Source: Eledone cirrhosa
Taxonomy: Eukaryota
DNA: 64,000 bases
Assembly (NCBI GenBank): GCA_964016885.1
Contig: OZ024742.1
Location: 243,846,001 to 243,910,000 of the forward strand
Direction of reading: 5' to 3'
In this document: piece after piece, positions 52,856 through 64,000 of the stretch
Layout: each line of letters begins with the position of its first letter
Position numbering within the stretch: the first letter of the stretch is position 1
Made by a program: the position numbers and the translations under genes
The notes under the pieces: model-generated
Databases searched by the model: none
Told to the model about the DNA's origin: nothing
The model's input: only the letters and a program-made list of their open reading frames with translations

Positions 52856-53679
52856 GATATATATATTGGAAATGTTGTTCCAACACTGAATGACCATAAT
52901 AATTTTTTATACATTTAACACAAGGTCATAAAAACACAAGGAGCAGAAAAAAATTGTAATTGATATAAGATGGGGCTGCACAATAGGTCTGAATAAGGAA
53001 TCTTGATTGGTTCATTAATTGTATGTGTGAATGTGTGTGAGAGAAGTTTAGTGTAAGCATAATGAGTAGGTTATTTTTACTGTTGGAAAAACTGAATTCC
53101 TCAAATATTGAAATATTAGACAAGGTCATTTAAAAAATTGCCAACAAAAATAAAGTATAAATTATTAGAAATAACGAGGTGTGTTGATTAGAATATTTAC
53201 ACACCATTTTAGCTTGCATATATTCTTCATACAAAATTGTACAACTTATTTTTAAAAATAAATCTATAACATTCGTCATAACTAAGTTTCACCTTTGACT
53301 ACATTACTATTTTCATTTTAAGCTTAATTTATTCCTTTTATTACCATTCATAATTTTATGTAAGAAATGTTGTTAAATTAGGTTCCAAACACTAACTTAC
53401 TCACGTGAAAGTTGTTTTATTACTAAATCCCTCCAAATTCTTGGTTGTTTAAAAAATTATAGGTATTGTCTTTTATATAACAAAAAAAATATGGTAACAA
53501 ATGGTTAAATATTCCTTAAATATTAATTAATGTTCATATCTTAATTCTTTAATCACACCTTATTCATTTAGTCAAATTATTATCACTTTTTTAAAACCTT
53601 TTCTTTATGTAAGATTTTGATTTTAAATTATTTCTCCCATCTTTTGCTTTACATCACCATATCTTTAATTATTTAATTA

Positions 53680-55960
53680 GCTGGATCTTCTCTTGCATAT
53701 GTCCCCAATCACCACATTTCTTTGCCATCTCTGTCATGAGGTTCAGTTTCTTGAGATCAGTTTTTACCTACATCTTACTAGATAACCCTCTCCTAAAGGT
53801 TCTATCCACTTCAAGCATTCAGTATTTCTTTGTAGAACTAACATTCTCCATATGCATCACATGTCAATATCAATGCAGTCTTCTTTTTTGTACACTATTT
53901 CTGATTCTGCTTATATCTAGTGGAGCATGCTCACTTCTTTTCTTTCCAGCTGTCATAGGTCTTCCACATTCAAGTCATCATACCTCAAACACAAATATCA
54001 TTCAATGTGCTCTTCATTCTAAGGAAAAAAAACAACTCCCTGAACTTTCTTCACTGGCAACTTTGTATTTGGTATACACATCTCTACTACTAATTAGGTC
54101 ACCCTGTTTACAAAGGCTATCAACTTCTTTCACTGTGCCTTTAAAGTACTTATGAGAATTTTTTTCACATATCTTCTTACTGCTAACTGCTCTTGTTCAT
54201 TTGCCACATATGATGTTTACCTTTCATGCCAGCCTGCTTGCAATCCCACTACACCTTTTGTATGTCCCAAAGATACACTGGGTATACTGCATGGAATTTC
54301 TACCTACTCCTTTTCTGTAATGGTACTTTCCATGATGGCTGCTGAATCTTGTCTTCTTTCCTACTTATTAAGATTTTAGTTCTTGCCAACTTTAGTCTGG
54401 GTCACTTCAAATCTAAGTTTTGCATCCACATTTTCAATTTCTTTTCTAACTCTTCTAAATCAGCTTTAGGAATTAGGCCATCAGTATACATGAATTCTTA
54501 TGGAGAGTAATTCTTAAAACCCCTGTTATGGCCTGGAAGTCTGTAATAAACAGGAGGTGAGGTGAGAACTAAGCCTTGGTGGACCCCTACCTGTATGAAT
54601 TTCTGACTCCCATCTTGCTGACTTTGATTAGCCCTTACAAGCTATCCATTTACCTCTAGTTTCCTGAGCAACCATCATATCATAGAGCATAGGACTCTGT
54701 CAAAATTCTTCTCCATTTTAATGAATGCTAACTATAGGGGCTTATTCCTAGCTAAGTACTTTTTCCTGACACAAATCTGAACTGCATTTCGTCTACTTCA
54801 ATTTCACTTCTGATTAATATTACAATAATTTTTTCTGTAACTTTCATAATCTAAACCAGCAATTTGATGTCTCTGTAGTTTCCACACTCTAGTGTATCAT
54901 ATTTTCTCATGTCAAATTTAATAATGATATTGCTACACTAAGTCTTTGGATATGGTGTCTTCCTGTATTATTTGATTTACTTTGCAAAGGACTAACAAGT
55001 GTCCAACTTTACCAGCTGTTTTAAGTATTTCAACAACTAATCCTTTCTTCACTTCATATTCTTAATTGGGTTTGAAATCATACTGCTGCTGACTTTAATG
55101 GCTTGTTCCTCTGTTGGGTCTTTTTGAATAGACCCTCTCTTATGCATTCTCCACATTCCACAGCTTCTTATAAGAACGCTGCTATACTTTTTTTCTCAAT
55201 ATTAATAAGAGCAAATGTGCTGTTATCATTCCATACACATTTCTCCCTAACGAGGCTCTACCCTGCAATTTGATACAGTTCAGGCCTCTAGCCCCCAGAT
55301 CGCAGAACATGTGTACACTTTGTACTTTTTGCTTTCCCCTTTCCCACAGGTATATTGGACATCTAGGCTCTCTTCTAGCTACTTGGTATTGTTCTTTGCT
55401 GCCATCTGTTTTCCAGATTTTTCAAGCCTATCTCTTACCTTTTTATAGTTCTATCTACAATATTATTCGACTTCTATGTGACCTTCCATTTGGTTGGAAC
55501 CTTGCACCAGCTCCACATCTGGCCTGTAGCTCTCAGCAAGTTGGCCTGTATTGAATTCCCAGTTGTCCTCCTCTATCCCCTCCAACCCGTCATACTCATC
55601 AACTAATACTTCTCTGAATCTACAACCAGCTAGGGTTCTTTCAGCCGACACATTTTCTATCACCAGAGTTTCTTGTGTATCTGGATCCATCTAACTTTAA
55701 CTATGAAGTCACTAATAATTACCCTGTTTCCTGGTGAATATAAAATCTATCTTGTTTGTTTGCTTGATTAATAGGTGATCAGGTTGTTTGCACCCTTTCT
55801 GAAGTTAGTGTTGCAAATGGTTATATTATTTGTTTCACAGAAGTCCATTCCTCTTACTGTGACCATAGCCTCCATGTACTCAGGGGAAACCTTAATGATG
55901 TTGCCCAACATGTCCATTAAAATCACAATCCAGGATAATCAAGTCACTATCAATCAATAT
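53680..55960 (-). mobile_element. RTE-clade LINE family 2, long heavily decayed copy (APE + RT)
   Basis: Minus-strand remnants DFNGHVGQH (APE), NYRDIKLL and VGVHQG, with many stops and frameshifts. Confidence 0.75.
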
Positions 55961-56419
55961 TGTGATCACCTATAGAGAAAAGAACTCCCTTCGATTATGA
56001 ATGACCATGGAATTTGCACTTAGAAAGTTCCTTTCAGAGACAAGTCCAGAAAGTTCCTTTCAGAGACACAAGTCCAGGCAAGGCCCTTTTGTGGAAGACT
56101 AGCAGTTGCCCATGCATACCAGTCTCCCCTCTCCACACCATTGATGTTGTCCAAGGGAAAGACAATGGCTGATACAGCTTGGCACCAGTGACATTACAAC
56201 TGATTTATACAGCTGAGTAAAGGGTCTCATAAATGTGGTCCTTTGTAATACACATATTCATACCAACAGTTTATATATAAGATTGCACAAAATATCCAGC
56301 ATTCTAACTCATGCTAACACTTATGCTAAAATCCCATCAATGCTATGAGCTCTTTGATTTTTAAGCTTGTCCAAAGAATCTCTTACTTCATTGAAAATAA
56401 GTGGATCATATGTTTCTGA

Positions 56420-56595
56420 TTTCCTCCTCCCCATTCCTGAAAGGGTTGTGGGGGCAGAGTCCTCAAACATTCCTTCCAGCAGGTCCTGTCAGAAGCAACT
56501 GTTTCCAACTGATCCAGCTCGATTCCCAAGCAAGACCAACCAAACTCATGGATGTTATCCAACCATCTTGCTCAGGGTCTACCCTTGGGTCTCCT
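56420..56595 (-). mobile_element. RTE LINE family 1, 3' piece (left of the Transib insertion)
   Basis: Reverse complement of 41455-41620; stops at ...GGGTCTCCT. Confidence 0.85.
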
Positions 56596-56909
56596 GTGCC
56601 CAGAATGCCAAATTTGGGGATAAATTCATATATCCGCAAAAAATTGGCACAAAGAAGTTGTTTATAGCTCGTTGGAAGTGTTTTGGCAAGCTGCAAATGA
56701 TGGAATTAAAACTATTCACAGAAAACATCTAATTTTGAAGATATAACTCGATTTCCTTTTCTGCATTCTGCTGTAAAAATTGTTTAATTGCCATGATTTG
56801 TGGTTGGCGGAAAAATAAATGGATCAGATTTATAAATTTTATCAATTACTTCATAGGGATGGATTTGACATACTTAGAGAAGGAGTGTCTCTCTATGGCA
56901 CTCTGGACC

Positions 56910-56944
<35 letters not shown>

Positions 56945-59229
56945 CTTGTTTATATTGTCATGAATTACGGCTTGCTAGAATTATGGCTTGCCAATAATGT
57001 TATTTGGACAAAACCTGTTCCAAACAGCACTGTGTTTGCTCATCCAGTTTTGTTGGTACGAGCTGTAGAGGATTGAATGTGCTGTCTGCAGAACTTGAGC
57101 CTTCTTTGAATGTTATCAGGGAAAGTTTTGGTACATGTGTCACAGTGAATGACATAAATGTGAATGCCATGTGCAAAATAGTGTTCAATGATTGACAGCA
57201 AGATGGTATCTCTTCTTCAAGGTGACACTGGTGCATTCTGTCATTTATACCATTGGCACCCACAAGAGCTGTTGCAAATTCTTACTTCATTAATATTTGA
57301 TTGGTTCCAGATAACAAAGGATTATAATTTCTGTAATGAAGCATGGGAAAAATTGGTTGCTGACAAGATACCATATTTTAGCAGTGAAAGGAGGGTCAGT
57401 GCCATAAAAACATCATAAAAGCAGATTTGCATTGTTTCTGAGTCTTCCACTTCAAACTGAGATCATTAGATTTTGCTCAAAAGATTTTGTATCACTTGAT
57501 CGCTGGTCAAACATGGGGTGAAGCTGGAAATCTATTGTCCAAGCCACAGTGCATTAACCATATCAGGTCCACTTACCCAGTGGAATAAGTGGGAACACCA
57601 ATATGGGACGATTGGCTGACAGACTTTTCAGTCCGAAAAACTGCCAAAATATATGTTCTCTCAATTTGAACCAGGAAGACTAGGACAATTATAAAATATT
57701 CGTGTCTCTGACCAACGTTATGCTCCATGTCATACAATCAGTGAACGAGAAAGTAAACGTCTGCCAGATTGAAGGCACTTGGGATAGATTTAATGTTACA
57801 CTTAAAAAAACTAATTTCTCGATGTGAGAGGCTTCTCATGGGTGGTTATAATTGCATCATTTCATCAAATGTGTGCTTGCAGCTGGGAACTTTTTGAATG
57901 GAATGGTGGGTAGTCAATTGGGAAATGGAGTGAAAACCCACTTGAAAGTTGGAACAAGTACAGGCCATTCCAGAGTGGGGCAGCTGCATGATCTTGCCAG
58001 TTTTCAGTAAAAGACAATATTTATATCTTCCAAAGGATGCTTATAATGTCTCATTTGGAAATTTCATCGAAAAGATCTTGCCCTAGCTGCTCCATTTGTG
58101 GAGAAATAAACACACAGTTCAATTACTCAGACATAAGAATGCTTCAACGTGGGAGGAAAGCATAATTGCCTCCATGTATTTTACAAAGACATTGAGTATT
58201 GAACTTGTGGGGCACTAGAAAATTTTATCTTTGTATTAGTTTAAAAGTCTGTACTGATATATGCATTTAGTTTCAAAATGTATAATCTTTTCTAAGTTCT
58301 CCTACATATGTATTGGTTATTGCAAAGCCTCTATATTATTTCTAAATGTCAATTATTGCTCAACATCAAGTCCCTCCCATATGGTGACTATTTTAGATGG
58401 AGTTGCCCCTCTAATTTCAGGGTTTTAGACATTTTTTTTTCCGGCCAGACCAAAGTTTCCTTGATGATAGTGCCAAAAGCACCTGACTATCCTGAATTGG
58501 ACACTAGGATAATGAAATGTCTCTAAATATCTATATTAAACATTTCAATCCATTTGTGTATCATTGTATTGGGTACCATTAAACAAAAGTGTGGCTTAAC
58601 ACAAAAGTATGCGTTATTTTTATGGGGAACTGATGTGTTGCAAGCTCCAATAAAGAACATTCAAGTCAGCATAACACTTCCACTTGTAAGTCATTTTAAT
58701 TGAATTTTTGCTCGAAAGTCCATCATAGCCAGAGGATTCCAGAAAGTAACTGTATAGTGTGGAATGCTGTGAAATTTTTTAAATTTTGGTTTTCTGAAGA
58801 CTTTCTTAGAGCAAAAATGGAATAATTTCATTACAATGAATTATTACATTTCGAAAGGTTGCTTGATTTTTGTTAGACTTGTTTAGAAAACTACACTTAG
58901 GAGGAGGGTAAAATTCAATAAATTATCTTTGAGAAAAGTGCCAGTTCAATCTCTGGTTTATTGGCTTTGATATTTTATGACCTTTTTATTTTGAATGATT
59001 TTTCAATGTATTTTGGGGATTTTTGTTAACTAATTTTTTTTGTGCAAAAAAAAAAAAAAAAAGCGATGATTAACTTTAAATTATCATAAAATGCTTTTGG
59101 CACAATCTTTTTAGGTGTGGTTTTTTTTTTGCTTCTTTCCCCTAAAGGTCTTATTCAACAGAACATTTGCAATAAACAATGATAGGAAAAACTTCAATAA
59201 TAATATTTTCACACTCTGGGTGCACTGTG
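56596..59229 (+). mobile_element. Transib-superfamily (RAG1-related) DNA transposon, decayed, with 5' internal deletion
   Basis: The right end reads CACAGTGCACCCAGAGTGTGAAAAT on the minus strand, and a degenerate left counterpart GTGCCCAGAATGCCAAAT lies at 56596. The RTE sequence resumes at the matching position after 59229. A transposase pseudogene lies inside. Confidence 0.85.
56800..58125 (+). pseudogene. Transib / RAG1-core-like DDE transposase pseudogene
   Basis: Motifs in order across frameshifts: VIWTKPVPNSTVFAHPVLLVRAVED; MIDSKMVSLLQGDTGAFCHL; ERxGQCHK...VFHFKLRSLDFAQKILYHL; SGNTNMGRLADRLF; SFHQMCACSWEL; SIGKWSENPLESWNK; CSICGEI-H. Confidence 0.88.
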
Positions 59230-59847
59230 GGGTGGTTTTGCTTGTAAAATATGCCCAGCAATTCTTTCCTGAGCATTCTAACCACATACCCATAGTATCG
59301 GAGTTGTGATCTCTTAATTTGGAGAAGTAGCGATTCTACCTCAAGTGACTCTTTGATCATCAAGCTATGCCCTCTATCAAGTAATGTTACTCCAAAGACC
59401 CTTTGGAGGAACCCCAATTCGGTCGTTTGTATTCGCGATTGTATTCTTTTGATCATTACCCACATATAAGGGTTGACACAAATACTGAATTGAAGGTAGC
59501 AAATTTGGCTTTTACACTTACCTCCCTTTTTTGACTATCGAATGCTAAAGCTGGCACATTACTGCACCAGCTCCTGCAATTCTTGCACTTAATTCAACCT
59601 CCTGCCTTCCATCACTCGTGAACATGGCCCCAAGATACTTGAAGTTCTCCACCTGCTTCAGTGGAACTCCATTTACATGTAGAGTGCACTGTGCAGGCTT
59701 CCTTGAGGGGACGAGTGTCTCAGTTTTTGCAGTACTGATTTTCATTCAGCTGGAATTTGTAGATGACATGGTATTACTTAACTCAACAGAAGGTGATCTC
59801 TTACTTCCACTTGATAGGTTTGACGCCGAATGCTGCATGGCTTGAAT
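59230..59847 (-). mobile_element. RTE LINE family 1, continuation right of the Transib, with an inverted 5' segment (59747-59847)
   Basis: Minus strand encodes LKQVENFKYLG and SQLRYYGYVVRM. The upstream piece FVDDMVLL...FDAECCMA lies on the plus strand. Confidence 0.85.
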
Positions 59848-60346
59848 CTTTAAATTAACAGTTCTTTATTGAGTTAATAAGTTATCATTTTAACAGAGTT
59901 GTTTACATAGGTTTCTTTGCAAGGATAATATATTTTATACATGTTTAGTATTATAAAGGAACTAACCCTTGCTTTTGGACTTTGTAAACTTCAATACTTC
60001 TTTTGAAATTTGGTAAATCTTATTTTTAATGACACTTCATAGTAATATACTTCAAAGAATTAAAACCTTTCTCTAACTCTTGTAAGGCAAGAACTTTCCT
60101 TTAATTTTGCTGCCTGAACTTGTTTTAAGTGTTGAAAATTCTGTTTACTAATATTAGGTCTTTGAACTTCAGTTTAACTCGTCTTTTAACATTTGGGCAC
60201 ATTTCATATCATTCACATCTTTCTTTTCAGTTAGAATATAATCAACCATGTGTCATTTTCTGGAATCTAGGTGCATCCAAGTTCCTTTGTGAATATCTTT
60301 ATGTTCCAAGAATATGTTAGAGACAATCAAATACATTTCTGTGTAT

Positions 60347-60680
60347 GGAGGCACATGGCTTAGTGGTTAGAGCATTGGCCTTGCAATCGAAAGGTTGTGA
60401 GTTCAATTCTCAGACCGGGTGATGTGTTGTTTCCTTGAGCAAGACACTTTATTTCACATTGCTCCAGTTTACTCAGCTGTAGAAATGAGATAAGGACTGG
60501 GGTCCCTATCATTCCACTGTAAAGTGGAGGTGCCACAGCAAAAACCACCCAGCACTCACTGTAAATGAGGTTGGTGTTAGGAAGGGCATCCAGCTGTAGA
60601 AATCAAGCCAGAATCAGTTCCCGTCCCACCCTTGCAAGCAGGGAAAAAAGCGGACGTAAAATGAAATGATGATGATAATG
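60347..60680 (+). mobile_element. tRNA-derived SINE (family B head) with RTE-type tail
   Basis: GGAGGCACATGGCTTAGTGGTTAGAGC A-box, GAGTTCAATTC B-box, CCTTGAGCAAGACACTT core, and a tail ending TGATGATGA. Confidence 0.8.
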
Positions 60681-62999
60681 AAACCATTAGAGTTTGACTT
60701 TGGTTGTTTTATTGCATAATTTTCTGCACCAGTTCCATATTTCAATATGTTGAAATCCCCAATAATTATTACTTTATTTCTAACTTAAATTTTCCAAACA
60801 AGGCCTTTTAGTTGCTCATAAAACAGATTTTTGTCCTCATCAGATTTATTCATTGTTGTTGCATAGGTACTGAAGAATGTCACTACATGGCCATAGGATT
60901 GAGACATGGAAATAGACATAGTCTATCATTTAAATCAAATGGGAGTTCAGTAAATAGTCTATCATTTAAATCAAATGGGAGCTCAGTAAGATATGGGATT
61001 AATATTGTATGTATTTATGGACTCATAACTCCTGATGGTGTTGTAGGGTCACCATAATAACGTACATTATATTTTAAACCTAGTAGAACCCATCCCTTCT
61101 CTGGGTCTAAACACAACCAGTTTCTTCCAGAGAAGGAGGGAGAAAGTGGTGGAGAGGAAGTGGGAAAGACATATAGAGTAAGAACCAACCACAATACTGA
61201 AATGTACATTTTCACCAACCTCAAAAGGATGAAAGCCAAAGTTTACCCCTGTGGGTTTTGAACTCGGAAGGAATACTGCAAAGCTTTCTATCCAACATTT
61301 TAACAACCCTGCAGATACACTGCTTGGGACTAATGACCTAATTGCAAAACATATGCCGGGCCCTCTCCACATTATCATCTCCTCTATTCCAGTAGATAGT
61401 GTAGCCACCACTTATTTCAGCATATTGACCCAATCAACAAAACAGGTCTCAGATAAGTCTAATATTGATCCTGTACTTAGCAAATTCCAGAGAAAGTAAA
61501 GTAGTTTTATCCATTCAGGTCCTTACATTTCAAAAACCAACTAGAAAATCAGATATGAGCATTTTTGGCAGCTGCTTGATGATAACCTAGGCCTAACTAC
61601 CTTTCATAGAAACCCCTGCCCTGATTAATCTGGAAGCTCAAGTCTTGCAAACTCTTTATGTTATTTACATTACTTTGGGAGCTATACAGTTAATAAATTT
61701 GATTGTGTTTTTTGTTTTAAGGCAACCAACTGAAAGATTTCAAGTAGTTTTAAGAGGATTCAACACAATTAAGTTAAGAAAACACATGTATGGACATTTT
61801 GCTTGCACAGCATCACATTGCCTTACTTAGCCATTTGTAAAAAATCATTGAGTATTACAAAAGGTTGAAGGTTTTTATCCAAACTGACTTCTTAGGAAAA
61901 CTGCTTTCACCACAGTTAAAGAGCACAAGACAACCTGTCCTTTATATGTGGTCTTAAAATCACAAGCACTCATCATCTTAATTATTTCTGTGCTACCACA
62001 CATGTATATACCATCATAATCATTTAATGTTTTCCCTGTTAGATAGATAATTGACAATGATTCCTGAAGTTTTCATTGCAGATCTTATGTTAAAATATTA
62101 TATTTGATTCATTCATCTTTAAATAATTAAAGTTCAATTCGATATAAATATAATTTCTATTACTTTTGAAATATAGCAATTTAATTATAATTTTTGTCAA
62201 ATAATAGCACTTAAAATACATTCAATATATATTAAAAAAGCTTATCTTCTAGCTGCTGCAACCACCATCAGTACTATTGCTGCTGCTGCTACTACTACTA
62301 CTACTACCGCCACCACCACCTCCACCACTACTACTACTTAATTCTTTTCACTCACAGCTGACATACAGAGGTGGGGGACATCAAATGTTTGTGTATGAAT
62401 GAGTATTTTAGTAGCATTCATAACTGGGTGTTTACTGGAAAGGGAATAAGAACTGCAATGTTCATGCCTTTCCCAATAGCATAAATAAATATAATTGAAG
62501 GGAAACTGACTTGTCATAAGTCACAACTGAGCCTTGGACTTTGACTTAGGCCACCAGTAGCTAACTTTTATTGTATATGGTTTGCTGTTGACTGAACATG
62601 CATATGTGTATGTGTGTACATGCACATGTGCAAATTGAAAAGATTTATTTCTTTCAAAACTACATGTTGATTCTCCACAATGAACGAACACCACTTGTAT
62701 CTCCAAATCTAGCTTTATTTATCTTTTGATTTTAAATTTATTTGTATTGATATTACATACAAATAAATAGAAAAGAAATCAGTACAGTTCATGTGTACAA
62801 TACTTCTCTCTTTTTCTCTTTCCCTCTCATATATAGGCTACATTGCCTTGATAGACAACATATGCCTTCTACCTGGCGACAGCTTGAACCTCTCTTAAGC
62901 TTTTATTTTGATGAATTAGAGTAATAGTTAACCTTTCAATAAGCCAATTTTGCCAAGTTTGCTTTAATGTCCATTTGAAGCCAATTTATTTCAATTAAG

Positions 63000-63210
63000 C
63001 CCTTTTGATTGTATGAAACAAAACCACCCATTTTAAATGGTTTCTTCTTAAATTAACATTTTCCCAGCATATTTTTTAAAAATTAAGAACTATTTGTTAT
63101 AAATACTATCTTAATAATGAAATATTTAATAGTTTTAGTAAATCCTTCCAAAATATTCATTAGTTGATTAAAATACAGTGTAGTTCAATAGAAATATGGC
63201 AACAAAAGGG
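63000..63210. mobile_element. piggyBac-like MITE, degenerate
   Basis: CCCTTTTGAT...GAAATATGGCAACAAAAGGG. Confidence 0.6.
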
Positions 63211-63294
63211 TTTATGCTTTAAAAAATTCCTTTCTTCTTCCTTTCAAATTACAATTTTAATCCTCTCAACTAGCAGTAGTTGAAAACTTATGAA

Positions 63295-63480
63295 GGCATA
63301 TGGCCTAGTGGTCAGGGTGTTGAACATATGATCATAATGTTGTGGGTTTAATTCCTGAACTGGAAGACACATTATGTTCTTGAGCTATATGCTTCAATTC
63401 ATGTTGCTTCACATGATAGGACTGGGGCCCTTATGATTAAAACACCTGAGCAACCTCCTATGAAATACAACTTTGTATGA
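63295..63480 (+). mobile_element. tRNA-derived SINE (family B), decayed
   Basis: GGCATATGGCCTAGTGGTCAGGGTGTTG head; collinear with 60347 and 10982. Confidence 0.65.
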
Positions 63481-64000
63481 GGGCAGCTAAATCTGCATAG
63501 GTGTGATCTGTACATTTTTTCTTTCATTATTGAATGGAATTGTTAAAATAAGTTCCAGTACTCAGGTTGACTAAACCCTTGAAGGCAGTGCCCCAGCATA
63601 GCCACAGCCTAATAGTCTGAAGCCAGTAAAAAAAAATACATACACACAAATCAAGCATACATTTGTAAACAACACTAATTCCACATATTAATGCTTTAGT
63701 GCATATATATTCATATATTAGCATATGCACATGTGTATATACTACTGAGAGAGAGGGGGGGGGGTACATTCCACTGTAAGCACATTCTCTATCTTATTCA
63801 TGCATAGTTACATATGTGTAAATGAGAGGAAGGATGGAGAGACAGTGATAAGGATTATTTATTTGATATTTTGATATGAGTTGTTATATAAAATATTATC
63901 ATTATATTGCTAATGTAATAATATATAATACCATTGTTTGAACTGACATTATTCAATTAAATCTCTTCTGCTTGGAATTTGTTTGTGTACACTTTTACTC

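Noticed and set aside
56221-56419. LSLSKESLTSLKI as a possible N-terminal part of the Transib transposase
   Set aside because: It lies outside the element boundary set by the split RTE.
58200-59190. RAG2-like gene call
   Set aside because: No kelch or PHD motifs readable; left as a test, not a feature.
60347-60420. tRNA-like sequence (also heads at 18033, 21110, 41795)
   Set aside because: A and B boxes are present but there is no clean cloverleaf, and each continues into a SINE body; these are SINE heads, not tRNA genes.

Overview
AT-rich animal genomic DNA dense in microsatellites and interspersed repeats. The repeat repertoire suggests an octopus-like cephalopod (inference, not proven). 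No host protein-coding gene can be called with confidence. Main content: (1) ~60-9805, a head-to-tail array of three R4/Dong-clade, restriction-like-endonuclease non-LTR retrotransposons on the minus strand, inside an (ATT)n microsatellite. One copy has an intact 1130-aa ORF with a marked excess of sense-strand A-to-G changes. (2) ~56596-59229, a decayed Transib / RAG1-core-like DNA transposon that the ORF track shows only as small fragments. It retains DDE-core motifs, a C-terminal CxxC..H tail and a right end that is the exact RSS heptamer CACAGTG, and it sits inside an RTE LINE that it splits in two. (3) A maT/DD37D-like Tc1/mariner deletion derivative, a non-autonomous Helitron, piggyBac-like TTAA MITEs, two RTE LINE families and several tRNA-derived SINE families. 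(4) A repeat-poor stretch at ~22.9-36.3 kb with weak candidate alternative terminal exons.
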